A stretch of DNA of 64,000 nucleotides from Planctomycetaceae bacterium. Its GTDB lineage: Bacteria; Planctomycetota; Planctomycetia; Pirellulales; UBA1268. The translations under genes were made by a program, and so were the position numbers. This document shows, in pieces, positions 49,337 through 57,846 of the stretch. Location of the stretch: contig WTHB01000152.1 of the NCBI GenBank assembly GCA_011523305.1, forward strand, positions 100,270 through 164,269, written 5' to 3'. The notes below the pieces were generated by a model, which saw only the letters and a list, made by a program, of their open reading frames with translations, was not told where the DNA came from and ran no database searches. Numbering within the stretch: the first letter of the stretch is position 1; each line of letters starts with the position of its first letter.

Positions 49337-49460
49337 TTTTACGCGACCGGGGCCATCCCTGGCACCCGGTCGCTTGGGGTCGGCGAACAGAACGCCAAGG
49401 GTTCTGTCATCGACCACCCGGCTTCCGGCCGGGGCGAGAGCCAGTTTCACGCGTCCGGGC
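49337..49460 (+). repeat. Structured intergenic repeat element, copy A (three hairpins, flanked by TT(T/C)ACGCG direct repeats)
   Basis: It starts directly after the cysD TAG. Hairpins lie at 49343-49373, 49378-49415 and 49417-49433. By hand count, 84 of 102 aligned columns are identical to the reverse complement of 52592-52694. The rest of each interval is the only partly conserved 3' repeat. Confidence 0.7.
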
Positions 49461-49497
49461 CTATCTATTCACACGTTTTCGCCGACCCAACCACATC

Positions 49498-51432
49498 ATG
49501 TCCCATCAGTCCAGCCTCATCGCCACCGACATCGACGAATATCTCAACCAGCATGAGCAGAAAGAATTGCTGCGATTCATCACCTGCGGCAGCGTCGATG
49601 ATGGTAAGAGCACGCTGATCGGTCGGCTCTTCTACGAGTCGAAAATGATTTACGAAGACCAGCTCGCCGCCATCAAAAAAGATACGTCCCGCTATGGAAC
49701 CACCGGCGAAGAGGTCGACCTCGCCCTGTTCACCGATGGCCTCGAAGATGAGCGGCAGCAGGGCATCACGATCGATGTCGCCTACCGCTACTTTTCAACC
49801 GACAAGCGGAAGTTCATCATCGCCGACACGCCCGGCCACGAGCAGTACACCCGCAACATGGCCACGGGGGCCTCAACGGCTGACCTCGCGATCATTCTCA
49901 TCGATGCCCGCCACGGTGTGCTGCCCCAGACCAAGCGGCATTCGTTCATTGTCTCGCTACTGGGCATCAAGCATGTTGTGGTCGCGATCAACAAGATGGA
50001 CATCGTCGACTACAGCGAAGAGGTGTTCGAAACGATTCGCCGTGACTACGTCGATTTCGCCAGCCGCCTCGATCTGCCCGATGTCCACTTCATGCCGATC
50101 TCGGCACTGAAGGGCGACAATGTAGTGACCAACAGCGACAACATGCCCTGGTTCGAGGGTCGCCCGCTGATGACCCTGCTCGAGACCGTTTACATCGGCT
50201 CTGACCGGAACATGGAAGACTTCCGTTTTCCGGTCCAGTACGTCACCCGGCCGAACCTCGACTTCCGGGGGTTCGCCGGGACGATTGCCTCCGGCATCAT
50301 TCGCAAAGGCGATGAGATCATCACCCTGCCCTCCCGCAAAAAAAGCCGTATCAAGTCGATTGTCACCTTCGACGGGGAACTGGACGAAGCCTTCGCCCCA
50401 CAGTCAGTCACACTGACCCTGGAGGACGAAATCGACTCCAGCCGGGGCGACATGATCGTCCGCGCTGGCAACCTGCCAAAGGTCGATCAAAAGTTTGAGG
50501 CGATGCTGGTCTGGATGGATGAAACAGCTCTCGTGCCGGGGAAGGAATATCTCTTCAAGCAGACAAGCAAGGTGACACCAGGCCGGGTGGCTTCACTGCG
50601 GTATCGAGTCGACATCAACACGCTCCACCGCGAGCCGGCACCGACGCTGGGCCTCAACGAGATTGGGCGATGCGGCATCACCCTGGCCGCACCGATTGCC
50701 CACGACGCCTACCGCCGCAACCGGTCGACTGGTGCCTTCATCGTCATCGATCGGCTCACCAACAGCACCGTTGGCGCTGGGATGATTCTCGATCGTGAAC
50801 GGGAAGAAGGCGCCGCCCACTGGGACGACGAACCTGCTGCCGAGGGCCTGACCGCCTCAACCAGTGAAGTCACCGCCGACGAGCGGCAGGCCCGGTTTGG
50901 GCAGCAACCAGTCACGATTCTGCTCACCGGCCTGACCGGGTCGGGCAAGACAACAATCGCCCGGGCCCTCGAACGTCGGCTGTTCGATGACGGCCGGGCG
51001 GTGATGGTCCTTGACGGTCAGGCGATGCGGCTGGGGATCAGCCGTGACCTCGGTTTCTCTGCCAGCGAACGCAGTGAGAACCTCCGGCGGTCCATCGAGG
51101 TGGCACGGCTCGCCAACGAGGCCGGGTTGATTGTGCTGGCCGCCTTTGTCGCACCTGATGAGGCAACCCGGCAGAAGGCAGCGACCCTTGTTGGACCGGA
51201 CAGGTTCCTGACGGTCCACCTGTCCACCCCCGTCGAGGTCTGTCGTCAACGGGATGAGAAGGGGCAGTACGCCAAGGCTGATGCCGGTGAACTGGCGAAC
51301 TTCCCTGGTGTCTCAGCGACGTATGAGGCACCGGAGGCCGCCGACCTGGTTCTCCCGACCGACGAACTGCCGGTCGCCCGCTGTGTCGACGCGATCATCG
51401 ACCTGCTCAACCAGCGGGGCATCCTCGGGTGA
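49498..51432 (+). CDS. cysNC: Bifunctional sulfate adenylyltransferase subunit 1 / adenylylsulfate kinase (CysN-CysC fusion)
   Basis: The N-terminal GTPase has [28 protein letters not shown] and NKMD. The C-terminal APS kinase has [15 protein letters not shown] and [17 protein letters not shown]. Confidence 0.95.
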   Translation: MSHQSSLIATDIDEYLNQHEQKELLRFITCGSVDDGKSTLIGRLFYESKMIYEDQLAAIKKDTSRYGTTGEEVDLALFTDGLEDERQQGITIDVAYRYFSTDKRKFIIADTPGHEQYTRNMATGASTADLAIILIDARHGVLPQTKRHSFIVSLLGIKHVVVAINKMDIVDYSEEVFETIRRDYVDFASRLDLPDVHFMPISALKGDNVVTNSDNMPWFEGRPLMTLLETVYIGSDRNMEDFRFPVQYVTRPNLDFRGFAGTIASGIIRKGDEIITLPSRKKSRIKSIVTFDGELDEAFAPQSVTLTLEDEIDSSRGDMIVRAGNLPKVDQKFEAMLVWMDETALVPGKEYLFKQTSKVTPGRVASLRYRVDINTLHREPAPTLGLNEIGRCGITLAAPIAHDAYRRNRSTGAFIVIDRLTNSTVGAGMILDREREEGAAHWDDEPAAEGLTASTSEVTADERQARFGQQPVTILLTGLTGSGKTTIARALERRLFDDGRAVMVLDGQAMRLGISRDLGFSASERSENLRRSIEVARLANEAGLIVLAAFVAPDEATRQKAATLVGPDRFLTVHLSTPVEVCRQRDEKGQYAKADAGELANFPGVSATYEAPEAADLVLPTDELPVARCVDAIIDLLNQRGILG

Positions 51433-51998
51433 GCCACGGGCACTTGGCAGAACCAGCCGTCATCAAAATCGGTATCCTGACCGTCTCTGATCGGGCCAGC
51501 CAGGGAGCGTATGCCGACGAAGGCGGTCCGGCGATTGAGGCGTACCTCAATGAAGTGCTGACCGTACCCTGGCAGGCCGACTGCCGAATCGTGCCGGATG
51601 ATCTCGACGAGATTGCCACCACCATCAAAGCATTGGCTCATGAGGGCTGCTGCCTGGTGGTCACCACCGGCGGCACCGGCCCAGCCCCACGGGACGTCAC
51701 CCCGGAGGCAACCGAACAGGTCTGCACGAAACTGCTGCCGGGCTTTGGCGAACTGATGCGACAGGTCTCGCTGCAGTACGTGCCCACGGCAATTCTCTCG
51801 AGGCAGACTGCGGGGGTCTGCGGCAGGGCCCTCGTGGTCAACCTGCCGGGCCGACCCAAGAGCATTCGCGAGTGCCTCGATGCCATCTTCCCGGCGATTC
51901 CCTACTGCATCGATCTGATTCACACAGACACCCAACAGCCACCGCGACTGGAGACCGACCCAAACCGGGTGCAGGCCTTCCGGCCAAAGGGTGCATGA
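51429..51998 (+). CDS. mogA: Molybdopterin adenylyltransferase MogA
   Basis: The GTG start overlaps the cysNC stop (GTGA). [75 protein letters not shown] and AFRPK align closely with E. coli MogA from memory. Confidence 0.9.
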   Translation: MSHGHLAEPAVIKIGILTVSDRASQGAYADEGGPAIEAYLNEVLTVPWQADCRIVPDDLDEIATTIKALAHEGCCLVVTTGGTGPAPRDVTPEATEQVCTKLLPGFGELMRQVSLQYVPTAILSRQTAGVCGRALVVNLPGRPKSIRECLDAIFPAIPYCIDLIHTDTQQPPRLETDPNRVQAFRPKGA

Positions 51999-52176
51999 GC
52001 AGCGGCAAGCAGCCTCTTCATTGAAACCTCACCGCACCATCGGTCTGTGTTCACCAAGCATGAGCTCGAGCAGACCTCATCTCGGCAACTGAAAGGCCTT
52101 GGGCAACGTCCTTGGCGGCAACCGCGACAGACGGCTCTGCCAGCCGTTCTTTCTTATAATTGCGTAAGGTTTGGCC

Positions 52177-52569
52177 TCACCGGCAGCGACAGCACCGCTC
52201 CTCTACCGTCCACTCAAAGCCGGGGACTTCGCGGACCATTTCCCGCTTCACCGGAACTGTCTTGGAGATGACTTTGGCGCATGTCGGCTTCCAGAGCTGG
52301 TACCAAAAGCAGCCACAGTCGTCCCGACCATGATGCTTGCCGCAGAGGCAGCTGGGCCCCGGCAGAATGACGTCTTCCTGCTTCACATCCCAGCAGACTT
52401 TCGTCTTCTCAATCGTCACCGCCTTGGGCACGGGCACCCGCCGGATCTGCTGGCAGCTGCCGCAGCGATCACAGTGGCCATCACGGTTGTCGGGCAGCCG
52501 CTCGGCTGGATCGGCTGCCACGCTGACACTCGCTACGCAAAGAAACACGATTCCCAACACTCGCTTCAT
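52177..52569 (-). CDS. Small exported Cys-rich protein, hypothetical
   Basis: The ATG at 52569 is preceded by GGAGGGAGGGAG. Signal is MKRVLGIVFLCVASVSVAA. The mature ~110 aa contain 12 Cys, including HCDRCGSC, CLCGKHHGRDDCGC and CCRC. Confidence 0.6.
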   Translation of the reverse strand: MKRVLGIVFLCVASVSVAADPAERLPDNRDGHCDRCGSCQQIRRVPVPKAVTIEKTKVCWDVKQEDVILPGPSCLCGKHHGRDDCGCFWYQLWKPTCAKVISKTVPVKREMVREVPGFEWTVEERCCRCR

Positions 52570-52577
52570 TGTGCTCC

Positions 52578-52694
52578 CTCCCTCCGCGTGAATCGCCCCG
52601 GCAGGAGGCCGGGTGGTTGGCAACGGAACCCTCCGGCGTTCCGTTCGCCAACCCCAAGCGGACGGGGGCCATGGATGGCCCCGTCCGCGTGAAA
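52578..52694 (-). repeat. Structured intergenic repeat element, copy B
   Basis: It starts directly after the porin TAG (52697-52695) and ends at the RBS of the Cys-rich ORF. Hairpins lie at 52658-52688, 52615-52653 and 52597-52613. Direct repeats are TTCACGCGGACGGGG and TTCACGCGGAGGGAG. Confidence 0.7.
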
Positions 52695-54365
52695 CTAAAA
52701 CTCTGCCTGAAATCTCGTCCCCACGATGTCAAAGGGCACCGCACCTACGCCCACGTAATTCGGCATGCTGTGAATCCAGTTGAGCTGCACCCGCATCGAT
52801 CGATTCCACCACCAGTTGAGTGCGAGGGTAGATTCATTGAGAACGCCGAACTGGGGTGACGGAGGTGGCCCCGGCAAATTCGTCAGTTCATTTGCTGGAT
52901 TGAGATCACGACATGTCAGATCGAGGTATGACCAACGAAAGGCAACTTCCCAGGCACCCCAACCACGAACACGACCTCTCCGGCCAGTACCGAAAAAGGA
53001 GGTAAACGGATTAACGTTGTAGTCAAAGACCCCGGCCTGCTTGAGATAATCCGCATGCTCACCTGTCAAAAAATATCCGCACTGCATGTATGCGCCTGTC
53101 TGGAGTAATGTTGGTCCACCACGTTGCCTGACGGGCTCAAGCATCGCCTCACTTTGGAAATTGAAAGACCCCCGATTGAAGGCAAGCTCCAAATGGTACA
53201 ACTGAAAATCATCGGCAAGAAATCGACCTGTATCGAGAACCAAGGGTGTGCCTGCTGCGGTGACACCACCACCTGTTAAATCGCCGATGAAAAATTCCGG
53301 GAACGCCTTTGACTGATACGTCTTGGCGAATAACCCAGTCGCACCTTCGCCTCCGATCTGGCTGTAGAGAAATCCGGTGCCGACATGGAGCAGATACCGA
53401 CCCTTGGACGGTTCGTCGTAGTGCACCAAGTGGGTGATCCGCGACGCGAACGACACGCCTCCGTTGTCACCAATTTGGGCACCGTACTGATTGTCTCCGA
53501 ACGTCTTATAAACAGTCTCTAATGCCTGACCACTCCACAACGTGAGCCCAGTCCCGAAAACACTGTATGCCCAACTCGTTCGTTCATCTTCACTCATGGC
53601 ATACGCCATGATGCCTACTCGTCGAAATGGATCAAGTGCTTGGAAAGCCGCTGATCGTTCAAGAAAGTTAAGATGCCGAACGCTCGTCCAACTATCCATT
53701 GTTCCGGGCTGGCGGAACTGGCCAATGCGAATGGTGCCGAGAAAGGGAATGTGCGACTGCTCTCCCCAGACATCAACAAAGCTCGGATGCCCGGGCTGAG
53801 CAAAGTCCATCTCGATGGTGAACGCTGTGAACTCCGTAGGCTTCCCAATTGCTTGGAGACGGGCACGGCGAAAACTAACGCCGTCCTGCATGTCGCCAAA
53901 ATAAGCAATCGCTCGGGCATTCTGACTGTAGAGGCCATCGTCAAGCTGAAAGAATCCGCTCAGACGAACCAGGGGCAGTTTCTCGCCGACTGCTTCCAGG
54001 GCATCAAGCCTCGTCATCAAATTACCGACCTGATTTGGATCAAGGACGGTATCAGTCTGACCAGAGCGGCCTTCGAAAAATTGCCCGGCACCCTGTGCGA
54101 TGTTGCCCGGTTGATCGGGTGCTAAGATGGTGCCTTCACTCTGACTCGCTGATTGTGGTGTGGGGATCTCCTCAGCCGCAAACTGCAGGGCTTCGAACCG
54201 CTCGTCGGCGACCACACTCTCGGGAAGGTGGTCCTCGGGCTGGAAGGCGTCCGCCTCCCGGCTATCGGCCAGAAGCAGACCGATGCCGCAGACTGCCAGC
54301 AGCAGTCCCCGTAGCCATTGCAAGTGCCGTCCCAGCCGTCGCACGAGAGGTGCTCCGCGAACCAT
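52695..54365 (-). CDS. Putative outer-membrane porin (OprO/OprP-like; family assignment tentative)
   Basis: The ATG at 54365 gives signal MVRGAPLVRRLGRHLQWLRGLLLAVCGIGLLLADSREADA. It has an amphipathic beta-strand pattern, aromatic girdle residues and a C-terminal ...GTRFQAEF ending in Phe, typical of beta-barrel OMPs. Confidence 0.7.
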   Translation of the reverse strand: MVRGAPLVRRLGRHLQWLRGLLLAVCGIGLLLADSREADAFQPEDHLPESVVADERFEALQFAAEEIPTPQSASQSEGTILAPDQPGNIAQGAGQFFEGRSGQTDTVLDPNQVGNLMTRLDALEAVGEKLPLVRLSGFFQLDDGLYSQNARAIAYFGDMQDGVSFRRARLQAIGKPTEFTAFTIEMDFAQPGHPSFVDVWGEQSHIPFLGTIRIGQFRQPGTMDSWTSVRHLNFLERSAAFQALDPFRRVGIMAYAMSEDERTSWAYSVFGTGLTLWSGQALETVYKTFGDNQYGAQIGDNGGVSFASRITHLVHYDEPSKGRYLLHVGTGFLYSQIGGEGATGLFAKTYQSKAFPEFFIGDLTGGGVTAAGTPLVLDTGRFLADDFQLYHLELAFNRGSFNFQSEAMLEPVRQRGGPTLLQTGAYMQCGYFLTGEHADYLKQAGVFDYNVNPFTSFFGTGRRGRVRGWGAWEVAFRWSYLDLTCRDLNPANELTNLPGPPPSPQFGVLNESTLALNWWWNRSMRVQLNWIHSMPNYVGVGAVPFDIVGTRFQAEF

Positions 54366-54529
54366 CGACCGCCGCGGCGCAGACCGCAGCTCTACCGGAT
54401 CGTTGCAACCGATCCTGCCTTTTTTATCGGCAGAATCGGCAGGCTCACGCACCTTCTGCCGGTTGGCCTTGCCAAATCGCAAGGAAGACACCAGCAACGC
54501 GACAAACAGGGAAGACTAGGGAAGCCCGG

Positions 54530-55477
54530 CTACCGAACGCGGACCGCTCGAGAGACCCGTCCGAAGTTATCCACCAGGATCAGGTCCGTCTGGGAGATCG
54601 ACCGTACCGCTGGCATCAGCGTCTGGTTGACCATGTCGGACCGCGACGAGGCCGTCACATGGGACATCAGCCGGCCATTGGAGATCTGCCAAGTGCCACT
54701 GGAGATTGGGGTCGGGACAAACACATACTGGAAATTCTGCATCATCTGGTAGTAACGGTAGGTCTGGAAGGTGCCATCGACGTTGTAACTGACGTCGACG
54801 GAGCCCTCATTGTCCGTCATCCGCCAGGTGCCGACAGCCATCTCCCGCACCTCGGCATCGGTGAGCACCTTGGAGGTGACACCACCTGCTGGCACAACCG
54901 CCGGCGCTGGGGCTGTTTCCGCACTCTTCCACTGACTCATGTCTGGGGGATTGGCATGCACCGGCCGTGGGGCCCCCTTAGGCGTGGCAGAGTTGTTGGG
55001 GTCGTTCTTGGCCAAGACGATCAGCGCCCGGGAGGAGTCCTTCGGCGCAGCGAATTCCGTCGGCACGCTCGCCGTGTCACGGGAGATACAGACGACCAGT
55101 TTGCCCCCGTCAAACTTGTAGATTCCGGTGCCGGTTTCGGTGTCTTTGTTCTTGATCGTGATCCGCTTGGGGTAGCTCGTTGGATCAATCCGAAACTCAC
55201 GGGTCGTCTTGGTGCCACTCAGCGGCGACTCAAACAGCATCGTGTAGTCGACGATTTCAAGATTGCCGCCACCCGGCAGCCAGTACTGCATCTGGTCATC
55301 CGGAATCTCCTGGCCGTTTTCCACCAGTTCGATCACCCGCCAGTGCCCCCGCACCCGCTCCAGTTCGGTATCGACAGCCGTTGGGCTGTCCGCAGCTGGG
55401 ACCGGCTGTGCGAACAGGGCAACGACCGCACACATAAGGCCGACAAATCCAATGGAACAACGGGTAGCAGCGGACAT
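54530..55477 (-). CDS. Secreted protein with TIGR03067-like (planctomycete lipocalin-like) domain
   Basis: Signal peptide present. LERVRGHWRVIELVENGQEIP...FRIDPTSYPKRITI...GIYKFDGGKLVVCI matches the TIGR03067 pattern, followed by a second beta-rich domain. Confidence 0.75.
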   Translation of the reverse strand: MSAATRCSIGFVGLMCAVVALFAQPVPAADSPTAVDTELERVRGHWRVIELVENGQEIPDDQMQYWLPGGGNLEIVDYTMLFESPLSGTKTTREFRIDPTSYPKRITIKNKDTETGTGIYKFDGGKLVVCISRDTASVPTEFAAPKDSSRALIVLAKNDPNNSATPKGAPRPVHANPPDMSQWKSAETAPAPAVVPAGGVTSKVLTDAEVREMAVGTWRMTDNEGSVDVSYNVDGTFQTYRYYQMMQNFQYVFVPTPISSGTWQISNGRLMSHVTASSRSDMVNQTLMPAVRSISQTDLILVDNFGRVSRAVRVR

Positions 55478-55613
55478 GGCATCCTCTTTTTCAGGGGACC
55501 TCTATCCAGGCAGGACAGAAGCAGAAAACGTTGGTTTCCGGAAATGATCCCGAACCCAGCCGAATTCGGTCAACCTGAATTTTTTGTGGCTGTCCTGATT
55601 TCGCCGTGGCCGC

Positions 55614-56651
55614 CTACGGCGTGCTGCCCGCAAGCAATCGCGCCACTCGCGGAGCAAAGTAGCTCAGAATGGCGTCGGCTCCGGATCGTCTGATCGCCAC
55701 GAGACTTTCCAGTGCGGCCCGCTCTCCATCCAGCCAGCCATTGGCCGCGGCGGCCTGGATCATCGCGTACTCACCGCTGACCTGGTAAGCCAGCGTCGGA
55801 ACACCAAAGGTCGTCTTCACGCGCTGCACGATATCAAGGTAGGGCAGCGCCGGCTTCACCATCACCATGTCCGCCCCCTCGTCGAGGTCGAGGGCCACCT
55901 CCCGCAACGCCTCAGCGGTGTTCGCCGGATCCATCTGATACGTCTTCTTGTCGGCCACCCCAAGGGCCTTGGCCGTGTCGAGGGCCGCGTGGCTGCCCAA
56001 GGCGTCGCGAAACGGACCATAAAACGCGGAGGCGTATTTCGCGGCATAGGCAAGAATGCTGACATCATCTCGGTCCGCCGCGTCGAGCGCCGCACGAATG
56101 CCCCCCACGCGACCATCCATCATGTCGGACGGGGCCACGACATGGCAGCCCGCCTCCGCCAGAACCACTGCCTGCTGGCTGAGCACGGCGACGGTTTCGT
56201 CGTTGAGAATGCGGCCCTGCTCCAGCAAGCCGTCGTGGCCATGGGTGGTGTACGGGTCGAGCGCAACATCGCAGATGATGCCCACTGCATCGCCGGTTGC
56301 AGCCCGAATAGCCCGGACCGCCCGGCAGGTGAGATTCTCTGGGTCGAGGGCATGGCCACCATCGGCTGTCTTGTGCTGTGAGTCGATCACCGGAAACAAG
56401 GCGATGGCTGGAATCCCCAGAGCGGCCCCCTCCGTCGCCGCCTTCACCACACCAGAAATCGGCAGCCGTTCCACACCGGGCATCGACCCAACCGGCTCAG
56501 CCTCGTCCTTCTCATGGACGAACAGCGGCCAGATCAGGTCGGCAGCCGACAGGCGTGTCTCGGCCACCAGCGCCCGCAGCCAGGCATGCTGGCGGGTCCG
56601 GCGAAGCCGGGTCGTCGGATAGGAGCCGAGTGGCCGCTGTACTTCGGTCAT
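55614..56651 (-). CDS. hemB: Porphobilinogen synthase (delta-aminolevulinate dehydratase)
   Basis: RLRRTRQHAWLRALVAE, LIWPLFV, SDMMDGRVG, YASAFYGPFRDA, ADMVMVKPALPYLD and YQVSGEYAM. Confidence 0.95.
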   Translation of the reverse strand: MTEVQRPLGSYPTTRLRRTRQHAWLRALVAETRLSAADLIWPLFVHEKDEAEPVGSMPGVERLPISGVVKAATEGAALGIPAIALFPVIDSQHKTADGGHALDPENLTCRAVRAIRAATGDAVGIICDVALDPYTTHGHDGLLEQGRILNDETVAVLSQQAVVLAEAGCHVVAPSDMMDGRVGGIRAALDAADRDDVSILAYAAKYASAFYGPFRDALGSHAALDTAKALGVADKKTYQMDPANTAEALREVALDLDEGADMVMVKPALPYLDIVQRVKTTFGVPTLAYQVSGEYAMIQAAAANGWLDGERAALESLVAIRRSGADAILSYFAPRVARLLAGSTP

Positions 56652-57184
56652 CCTGCCACCCCGTTGCGACTGTCAATGATGACTGCCTCGCCCGGCGGAT
56701 CCGGAGCCACTGCCACGGGATGGTCAGGCCGTGTGGCAACCGCACACGACTCGGCAGTTTCCCAGAGGCTGATGCTGCGGGCCACGACCCCCAGATCTGA
56801 CAGCACATGCGGGCTGACGACCTCGAGGAGATACCTCGCCATGTTTTCTGCTGTCGGGTTGGTTGGCATCACGAAATACTTGACAGGTTCCACCTGCCGG
56901 ATGGCCGCCAGTGCATTCGTGTCTTGCTCGTGGATCAAAAAGGCGTGATCCCAATGGTCATCAAGCCAGCCCAGCATCCGCTTCTTAATCAGAGAGAAGT
57001 CAACAATCCGCCCCACATCGTCCACTTCGATACCGCCACGGGCTGCAACCACTTCAAGATCGACCTGGTAATTGTGCCCATGAAAGAACGCACAGCGGCT
57101 TTCGTGGCGAAAGAGCCGGTGCCCCGCACAGAACTTCAACTGCCGGATCAGCGAAAGCTGCGTGGTAGGAAGGTCAGACATCAC
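56648..57184 (-). CDS. 6-pyruvoyl-tetrahydropterin / 6-carboxy-tetrahydropterin synthase family protein (QueD-like)
   Basis: FCAGHRLFRHESRCAFFHGHNY carries the Cys and His-x-His zinc/catalytic motif. ATGA overlap with hemB. It is about 50 aa longer than typical QueD. Confidence 0.8.
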   Translation of the reverse strand: MMSDLPTTQLSLIRQLKFCAGHRLFRHESRCAFFHGHNYQVDLEVVAARGGIEVDDVGRIVDFSLIKKRMLGWLDDHWDHAFLIHEQDTNALAAIRQVEPVKYFVMPTNPTAENMARYLLEVVSPHVLSDLGVVARSISLWETAESCAVATRPDHPVAVAPDPPGEAVIIDSRNGVAG

Positions 57185-57231
57185 AGGGCCTCAGGGCATC
57201 AAAACAAGCGGCTGCCAAGGAGCCGCCGGCC

Positions 57232-57720
57232 TTACAACTGGGTGGGATTTGGCGCATCGCCGTAGACAGCCTTGGGGTCGAACATTTTCTCCGACTCCAG
57301 AAATTCCAGGGCCGTTCCCTCGGCACGCTGCTGCCCCACCGGCACCTTGCGATAGAAGCAGGAGCGATAGCCCACATGGCAACTGGCACCGCCAGCCACC
57401 TCCACTCGGAGCCAGACGCAGTCCTGATCGTCATCGATGCGCATCTCAACCACCTTCTGGACCAGACCACTGGTTGCACCTTTGTGCCAGAGGCACTGCC
57501 GGCTCCGACTGAAGTAGTGGGCCTCACCGCTGGCAATTGTTTTTTCCAGCGCCTCCTGGTTCATCACCGCCACCATCAGCAGTTCCCCCGAGGCGTAATC
57601 AGTGGTGACACAGGGAATAAACCCGTTGTCGTCAAACTTCGGGGCTAGTTCCGTGCCCTCCTCAACCTGCTCAACGGTGACACGGGGGGAGAACAGCGAA
57701 TCAGAGGCGGAATCGGCCAC
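57232..57720 (-). CDS. hisI: Phosphoribosyl-AMP cyclohydrolase (stand-alone HisI)
   Basis: [44 protein letters not shown] and [32 protein letters not shown] start. Confidence 0.9.
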   Translation of the reverse strand: MADSASDSLFSPRVTVEQVEEGTELAPKFDDNGFIPCVTTDYASGELLMVAVMNQEALEKTIASGEAHYFSRSRQCLWHKGATSGLVQKVVEMRIDDDQDCVWLRVEVAGGASCHVGYRSCFYRKVPVGQQRAEGTALEFLESEKMFDPKAVYGDAPNPTQL

Positions 57721-57846
57721 GGGCTTGGTTTCCAGAACACGAGGAAGGCGAGGGCTGCTGCCGTCGCAGAATCAGACTGAGACCCTCTATCATACCTGCC
57801 AGAAACGCGAGGTCACGCCAATCATCTCCTCTCTCATCGCCTTCCT

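Noticed and set aside
49360-49365. TGGCAC sigma-54-like -24 box (also at 10537-10542 upstream of the DUF1559 gene)
   Set aside because: The GG-to-GC spacing is 9 nt and 8 nt respectively instead of the required 10, and the copy-B equivalent lacks TGGCAC.
49334-49497. Stop-codon read-through or a small peptide encoded by the repeat element
   Set aside because: The frames after the TAG are similar in both copies only until a 1-nt indel, after which nucleotide similarity continues but the peptides diverge. The read-through frame is also not the cysNC frame.
54035-55693. 552-aa plus-strand ORF spanning the porin 5' end, the TIGR03067 gene and the hemB 3' end
   Set aside because: It crosses three well-supported minus-strand genes and two intergenic regions. 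The translation is Arg/Pro-rich with no domain.
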